From Eledone cirrhosa (lineage: Eukaryota), in contig OZ024754.1 in the NCBI GenBank assembly GCA_964016885.1, forward strand, positions 19,096,001-19,160,000: DNA of 64,000 bases, in the 5' to 3' direction. Under the pieces are notes generated by a model. That model saw only the letters and a list, made by a program, of their open reading frames with translations. It searched no databases and was not told where the DNA came from. Positions within the stretch are counted from its first letter, which is position 1, and every line of letters begins with the position of its first letter. Shown here piece after piece: positions 56,968-64,000 of this stretch. Position numbers and translations under genes: made by a program.

Positions 56968-57124
56968 TAACTGCTCTGTAGAACAACTGATGTTATTACA
57001 TTGAACTATTTATCTTACTGCTAATAAGGTAGTAATAAATTACTGTCTTTCACTATTTAGGGTTTAAAATATATATAACTATAAAAGGTTTTAGTATATA
57101 CATAACCATAAATAGTATCCTTAA

Positions 57125-57191
<67 letters not shown>

Positions 57192-57274
57192 CTCGTTTTA
57201 TTTACAATCCTTTAAAATTTATAATGGTATTATAATGAAATAGTATGATAGAATATTAAATGTTAAGTGTTAAT

Positions 57275-57313
57275 TGAACAAGTACTTTCATGCTTTCGCA
57301 ATCTTCAGGTTCA
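57275..57313 (-). ncRNA. Hammerhead ribozyme
   Basis: tgaac-CTGAAGA-tTGCgaaaGCAt-GAAA-GTAC-TT-gttca. Confidence 0.85.
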
Positions 57314-57329
57314 TAATGTTTGGTGACAG

Positions 57330-60025
57330 TCAAGTTTGCAATTTTCAACTGTGAAATTTCTAAATAACTGCTCAATAATCTAAAAACGCCAATGGAATTA
57401 TTGTTAGAGCAGACAAAACATCAAACGTATATACCATGGATGTGGACACTTACAACAACTTCATCCGTAAAGAATTGCATAAAAAATACAAGAAAACTAA
57501 TGAAGCTACACTTAGAAACATCAACAACTCGGCATGTGAAATTGTTAAAAAACGTTTTATCGACGATAGAACACAACCCTTAACACCAGCTACACCATCC
57601 TTCAACCTGAAGGACCATAAGGTAAACTTCGATACTGACCCTAAAATTAGACTTATATGGCCCTCTAAATCTGATACAGGCAAAATTAGCAAATATATAT
57701 TAGACAGAATTATGCCCCAAGTTAAGGCTAAAGTAGATATTAAACTATGGGGTAACACACATGAGGCAATAAGATCGTTTAATAGCATTATTGATAAGAA
57801 GAAATCAACATTTATTCAGTTCGATATTGATGAGTATTATTCCTCAATCTCACCTGATACTCTGCATGAAGCCCTTTCGTTCGCTAAGGCTTACTCCGAC
57901 CTTACGGATGATGAAATTAGTATTATTATGGAAGCGATGAAAACTATTCTTAAATTTGATGATAGCTACTGGGTTCGCAAAGATAGACCTTCTAATTTTG
58001 ATATAACTATGGGTTCCAATGATTCGGCGGAAGTAACTGATCTTGTTGGAATTTATATCACCCACAGACTACAAGGAAAATTCAAGGATCTCCACGGTGG
58101 ACTCTACCGTGACGATGCGCTCCTATTAGTTAAGCATATGAATAACCAGAATTTAGAAAGGATGCGTAAAAATATTAAAATCTTTTAAAGGAACTAGGAT
58201 TAAATATTACGTTTGAATATAACCTCAAAGAGGTTAATTTCCTTGATGTTACTTTGAATCTCAATACAGAAACGATTAAACCGTTCCATAAACTAAATGA
58301 GAACCTTAATTATGTAAATACGGGTTCTAACCATCCACCCTCTATAATTAAATCCATCCCTAGAAATATATCCCTTAGAATCTCCCACCTGTCGTCCAAC
58401 CAGCAAACCTTCAAAGAACATGCCGAATATTATGATGATGCACTTAGGAAGGCTAGACACCTAGATAATATAGAGTATATAGTCGACGATCACCAAAACA
58501 CCCAAAATAAATCTCATAGAGGTAGAAATAGCATAGAATCACCACCATACATACACTACCGCAATATACACACTAATAGCCGCACACCACCAAACAGAAG
58601 GCGATGTAAAGAGTATATATGGTACAACCCGGTCTATAACAACTCTATTAAAACCAATCTACCCTCACAATTCTTTCGATTTGTTAAAACACATTTTTCA
58701 ACATCACATAAATATAGTAAAATCTTAAACCCTAACACTATTCGACTTTCATATTCAACCGCCACTAATATTGAACAACATATAAAAAAGCTTAACGCAA
58801 AACGGTTGTATAAAAGCCTTCCAACACAACAATACACGTAAAACATCGGCTATAACATCACAAAACAACAAACAACATCCCGTCCTGCCTAAGCAACCTC
58901 ATCAACCCATCCATGGTAATACAACAACGCATAATTATAACTGTAACTGTGTCCAACCAGGAATGTGTCCGTTCAACAATCAGTGTCTTGAACGCAACAT
59001 CATATACAAATGTACTATCGAATCGGGTAGCCAGAAATGGTACTATGTGGGGTCTACAGCTACCTCCTTCAAATCTCGCCTTTATAGACTTCGTTACTCG
59101 ATAAAACATGAAAACCAGCGTTATGTAAACAACACTCGCAGACAAGGCTTGGCAGCTGCGCGAAAATAACCAACAATTTAACCCAAAATGGGATATAATA
59201 TCCGATGCCCCTGCATATCCCAAGGACAGGAATTTTGTAAATTGTGTAATATGGAAATATTTTGTATTATGAAATCCAAAAATATTTTATTAAATAACAG
59301 AATAGAGCGATCGTTATACTGTAACCATCGCTTGAAATCTACATTTTCATATTACAAACGCTACCAGGATTGAACACCTGTCTCCATCTCCGTTTGATTG
59401 TCAAAATACATATTAACATTCTCTATTACTCTTAATTCTATCAACTCTTCTATTCTTTACCATTTAATATAAACTGCTATAGATAAAATGAGATTTCTTA
59501 ATTCAATTCCCTAATGCATATACCAGCAGGCTACCAGCATTGTTGTTATACAATAGCAGTGAAAATCTCTCTCTTCCTTACTTGACACTTTATATCTGTA
59601 TTAATACTACTACACCAAACGACCAGCCCTGTCCATTGTTCAATTGGTCAAATATAGATTAAAATAGGCACTCCCAAAAATTCTTATTTAGATAAAATAA
59701 GCCATATACTCATTGTATTCTCATTAAAAACCTTCTATATACTTGTTTACCAGCAAATTGAATTGCCATCTGTCATATACTATCCCTTCTCTTCTTCCTT
59801 TCTCGCAACTAATATAAATACTTTGATTTTTCTGATTTTTTTCCAATTTATCCAATATCTCTGAAGAAGTGACAACTGATTATATATTTGCTATCGAATA
59901 CTTGCTAACATTATATGATTACGCAAGCAGCGATACATAGGTATTCCGTCTGTTACAGAAACATATGTCAATACCTAATAAATTCCTTTATAAAAGCACT
60001 TTCATTTTATATTCATCTTTTATAT
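57330..60025 (+). mobile_element. Naiad-like PLE, near full length, frameshifted
   Basis: ADKTSNVY, FDIDEYYSSI, FDITMGSNDSAEV, GLYRDD, WYNP, CNCVQPGMCPFNNQC, IIYKC..YVGST and CKLC across ORFs 57436-59373. Confidence 0.93.
59855..59976 (+). ncRNA. Hammerhead ribozyme with ~75-nt structured loop II
   Basis: CTGAAGA-aGTGACA...TGTTACa-GAAA-CATATG-TC. Stem I is weak (tatct/aata). Followed by AATAAA. Confidence 0.7.
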
Positions 60026-61049
60026 GAATTCACGGACTAGATTCCTTCTTCCTCCTGTTAGACCTGTACGGAATTCCTTCCTTGCTCAAATTCCAACCAG
60101 GTTTGATGGTCTTTATTCTCTCTCGTTCTCGATTTCACCGAACTTATATTCATGGAAATTTGGGACTCGATTCGTTCTTCCTCATTTTTCGTTGCTTCAC
60201 CATCTTTGTTTGTTTACACTCTCGTGTCCCCTTTATTTACGTGTCCCAACGACTTTTTTTAACCGTTGCTCGCACCAACCGGAGGTATATGGTCTTTAAA
60301 GCGATGAAATACCAATGATGGTTGGAAGATCACTGATGAAGGACTAACTTTATTCATATGTAACCCATTCGCAACCATGCAGCACGTTTATTCTCATATT
60401 TACACATATTTTTCCCCCGCTGTGACCCGTCTATTTCGTTCTTACTGCTTCTTCTTTCTCTGTATCTTTGCCCTCTCTAACAGTCACTCTCTCTGTTAGC
60501 CTCTTCCTCACTCTTCACTCACTCACTCTCTGTTACTACCTCTCCTCCTCCTCCTCCTCCTCCTCCTCCTCCTCCTTCTTCCCGTTTGACCTGTGCGTAA
60601 TTCTTTTCTTTCGCACGCTTGGTCAGGCTGGTTCGCCTTTTTTCTCTCTCTCGTCTACGATTTCACAGAACTTATGTTCACCGAATTCACAGACTAGATT
60701 CCTTCTTCCTCCCGTTAGACCTGTATGGAATTCCTTCCTTGCTCACATTCCAACCAGGTTTGATGGTCTTTATTCTCTCTCGTTCACGATTTCACCGAAC
60801 TTATATTCATGGAAATTTGGGACTTGACTCGTTCTTCCTCACTTTTCGTTGCTTCACCATCTTTGTTTGTTTACACTCTCGTGTCCCCTTTATTTACATG
60901 TCCCAACGACTTTTTTTAGCCGTTTCTCGCACCAACCGGAGGTATATGGTCTTTAAAGCGATGAAATACCAATGATGGTTGGAAGATCACTGATGAAGGA
61001 CTAACTTTATTCATATGTAACCCATTAGCAACCACGCAGCACGTTTATT

Positions 61050-61051
<2 letters not shown>
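60026..61051 (+). repeat. Partial tandem ~368-bp direct repeat (60026-60393 and 60683-61051), pLTR-like
   Basis: Near-identical copies; homologous to 7840-8545. Confidence 0.85.
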
Positions 61052-61114
<63 letters not shown>

Positions 61115-61391
61115 ATATATATATTAATATCTGTAGAAGTAAACACAGTAAACCCGTGTCTAAAATTACGAGGGTAGATTACACTACAAATGATATATAT
61201 CATTCAACCTGAATCATATGGGATTTTACAAGATTTCTTACAAGATTTCTCATACATACCATATCAATAATCATTTCATCTCTAGGAGATGAAATGGTTA
61301 TTGAAATGGTTATATAACATTTGTGGTGTAATCTACCCTCGTAATTTTAGACACGGGTTAACTGTGTTTACTTCTACACATATTAATATTA

Positions 61392-62022
<631 letters not shown>

Positions 62023-62271
62023 AGCAAGCAAATTATAAACGTGAACATATAAGTATGTTTTTGAAACGGTCCGCAAGTTTCAAATTAGAAATTAGAAAAT
62101 ATATGCTTTCACCGTATTTTAGACTAAAGAAATTTCTAGCCTGATAGTGGGGTTTATAACCCTCGGAGAAATGGAAATAGATGAGTGTTGCCGTACATGT
62201 ATGGCAACACTCATATTTTTCCATTTCTCTGAGGGTTATAAACCCCACTATCAGGCTAGAAATTTCTTTAG

Positions 62272-62322
<51 letters not shown>

Positions 62323-62599
62323 GTTCAAGAGTAACCAATCTTAAAGAGACGGATGGAGATAGAAGAGAAGAGAGATTGGTGAATTAGTTAGAAGCCAAAA
62401 GCGTAAAGGCATGTGCTCAATGTGCAATATGCAGTGGAAGGCAGCTAGGTGGCTGGGTTCATGCAGAGGTTAGGTACACTGAGCTGGAAATATTTATTAG
62501 TTAAGCAAAACAATACCACAAATTTCACAAGGAAGACATTATTTAAAGATTGTCAACATAGTTGTAGTCTAATGTAAAGAATGTAAATAATAATAATAA

Positions 62600-62988
62600 T
62601 AATTGTTTCTACTTTTGGCACAAGGCCAGCAATTACCCAGTGTATTACTGGTACTTTATTTTATCAACCCCATAAGGATGAAAGGCAAAGTTAACCTCGG
62701 CGGGATTTGAACTCAGAATGGCAAGGGCCGTAACTCTATACGTCAACGCATGGCGTCCGACCCTCTACCGATACTGCCAATCCACAAATAATACTAATAA
62801 TGTCCGTTTACAATTGTTTCGCTACTCCATATAATGTTTCTGGATCAAATGATTACGTCCCTTTACGATCTGAGTTCAAATCCCGCCGAGGTTGACTTTG
62901 CCTTTCATCCTTACGGGGTCGATAAAATAAAGTACCAGTAATGCACTGGGTATTTGCTGGCCTTGTTCCTAAAGTAGAAAAAATTATT
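62600..62988. mobile_element. SINE family-1 copies 62600-62782(-) and 62856-62982(+)
   Basis: Match to the family consensus. Confidence 0.9.
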
Positions 62989-63441
62989 GATCTGGTTCAG
63001 ATGAAGATTTTACTTAGGTAAAAATGGAGCAGTTCATCGGAACTTCAAAAGGAATATAAATTAAGGTAAATAAAGATGGTTACATGAATGTAATGTTCCA
63101 TATATTGGTATTTCACTATGGTCTGCCATAGGCGAGCAATATTCTTCTCTCGAGGCTGCATTATGCGAGATCTGCCTATGGGTAACAAGATGGTTGCCAA
63201 AGGACATATTTACCTTACTAATTAGAGGCTGGTTTCAGGGGAAGTAACTCCTCGAGAAATTAGAAATTGTAGGTGGTTTATAGTTAAGAAGTGCTAATGA
63301 GTTTATGTGAGAGACAATGTAAGGGAGGTAACTTATAATTATCTAAGTTAGCTGTAACTATTTAACATGTTAGCTATAAGTAAAAGTGGGATTATATGAC
63401 TATGTTGGGTCAAATATTCTGTTGGCGAAGGAATTAGCCCT

Positions 63442-63910
63442 TCAATGTTGACAGCTAGTAGTTACCTCCGTTATATCATTAATCGGTAGAGGTCGTGATA
63501 GAATTATGTAATAGGCTTCGGTAAGACAGAGACCACAAGAGTTTCTTCGTCCATTGAACGGTTGGGCTCTAGCCAAGATATCCCATGTTAGTGAGTGTTC
63601 AATATTGGTTAATTTAAGGTTTTTAATGAGCCTAGCTAGAGATGTTGAACATCTATTGCTAGGGTCTCGGAAGGAAAATGAGTGCGCGTTATAGCGTACC
63701 TTAAAAGGGTTAGAGGTAGAGCCAATATAGGAGCTGGTATGCGATGCAGTTTTAACTGTGCACCTATAAACTAGATTGGGTGTAAGGCATTGTCCCTTTA
63801 GTGGGCATGCATTAGGGTAACGGCAGTTGCAGTTACTGCTGCGGTTACTGAGGGTAGGGTTGATTAAACTCTGTGGTTGGTGCGTGCTAGAAGGATTAGG
63901 TGGGGAAGTA
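63442..63910 (-). pseudogene. Naiad-like PLE GIY-YIG endonuclease region; element continues past the window edge
   Basis: Manual translation: CNCRYPNACPLKGQC-LVYRC..SYIGSTSNPFKVRYNAH..CGLCLTE..SCQH*. Not in the ORF track. Confidence 0.88.
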
Positions 63911-64000
63911 TGCTACTAGAGTAAGTATTGGTGTAGTGGCGTGGTGTATTTGAGGGGGTGGTGGTACCGCGGTGTGGGAGTTATACTGTCTTAGTTTATG

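Noticed and set aside
60274-60345. HHR-like motifs in the 60026/7840 repeat (ccaac..GAAA..gttgg; CTGATGAAGGAC)
   Set aside because: Core boxes deviate at several positions, helix II is absent, and the CTGATGA has no downstream GAAA.

Overview
Animal intergenic or intronic DNA with no recognisable host gene. The AT-rich composition, extreme (TA)n/(CA)n load and tRNA-derived SINEs resemble an octopus-type cephalopod genome (inference, not verified). The window is a nested set of Penelope-like retroelements (PLEs). It holds one Neptune-like RT + GIY-YIG frame that is intact but 5'-truncated (52364-54538), several decayed Neptune- and Naiad-like copies, and many solo or inverted pseudo-LTR (pLTR) fragments, most of them abutting (TA)n. 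The main hidden signal is RNA structure. Reading both strands by eye, I find about 25 type I hammerhead ribozyme (HHR) folds with plausible cores and about 6 decayed ones, from more than a dozen sequence families. They show stem covariation, family-specific palindromic helix III, non-canonical cores (U3-A8, U4A, U4C), long structured helix II inserts, HHR-only mini-elements, and one apparent chimera joined at the cleavage site. Also present: SINEs, RTE LINE fragments, hAT-type MITEs, a 6.5-kb 19/21-bp satellite and many fold-back inversions. All folds were assigned by manual pairing and none is tested; boundaries are approximate.
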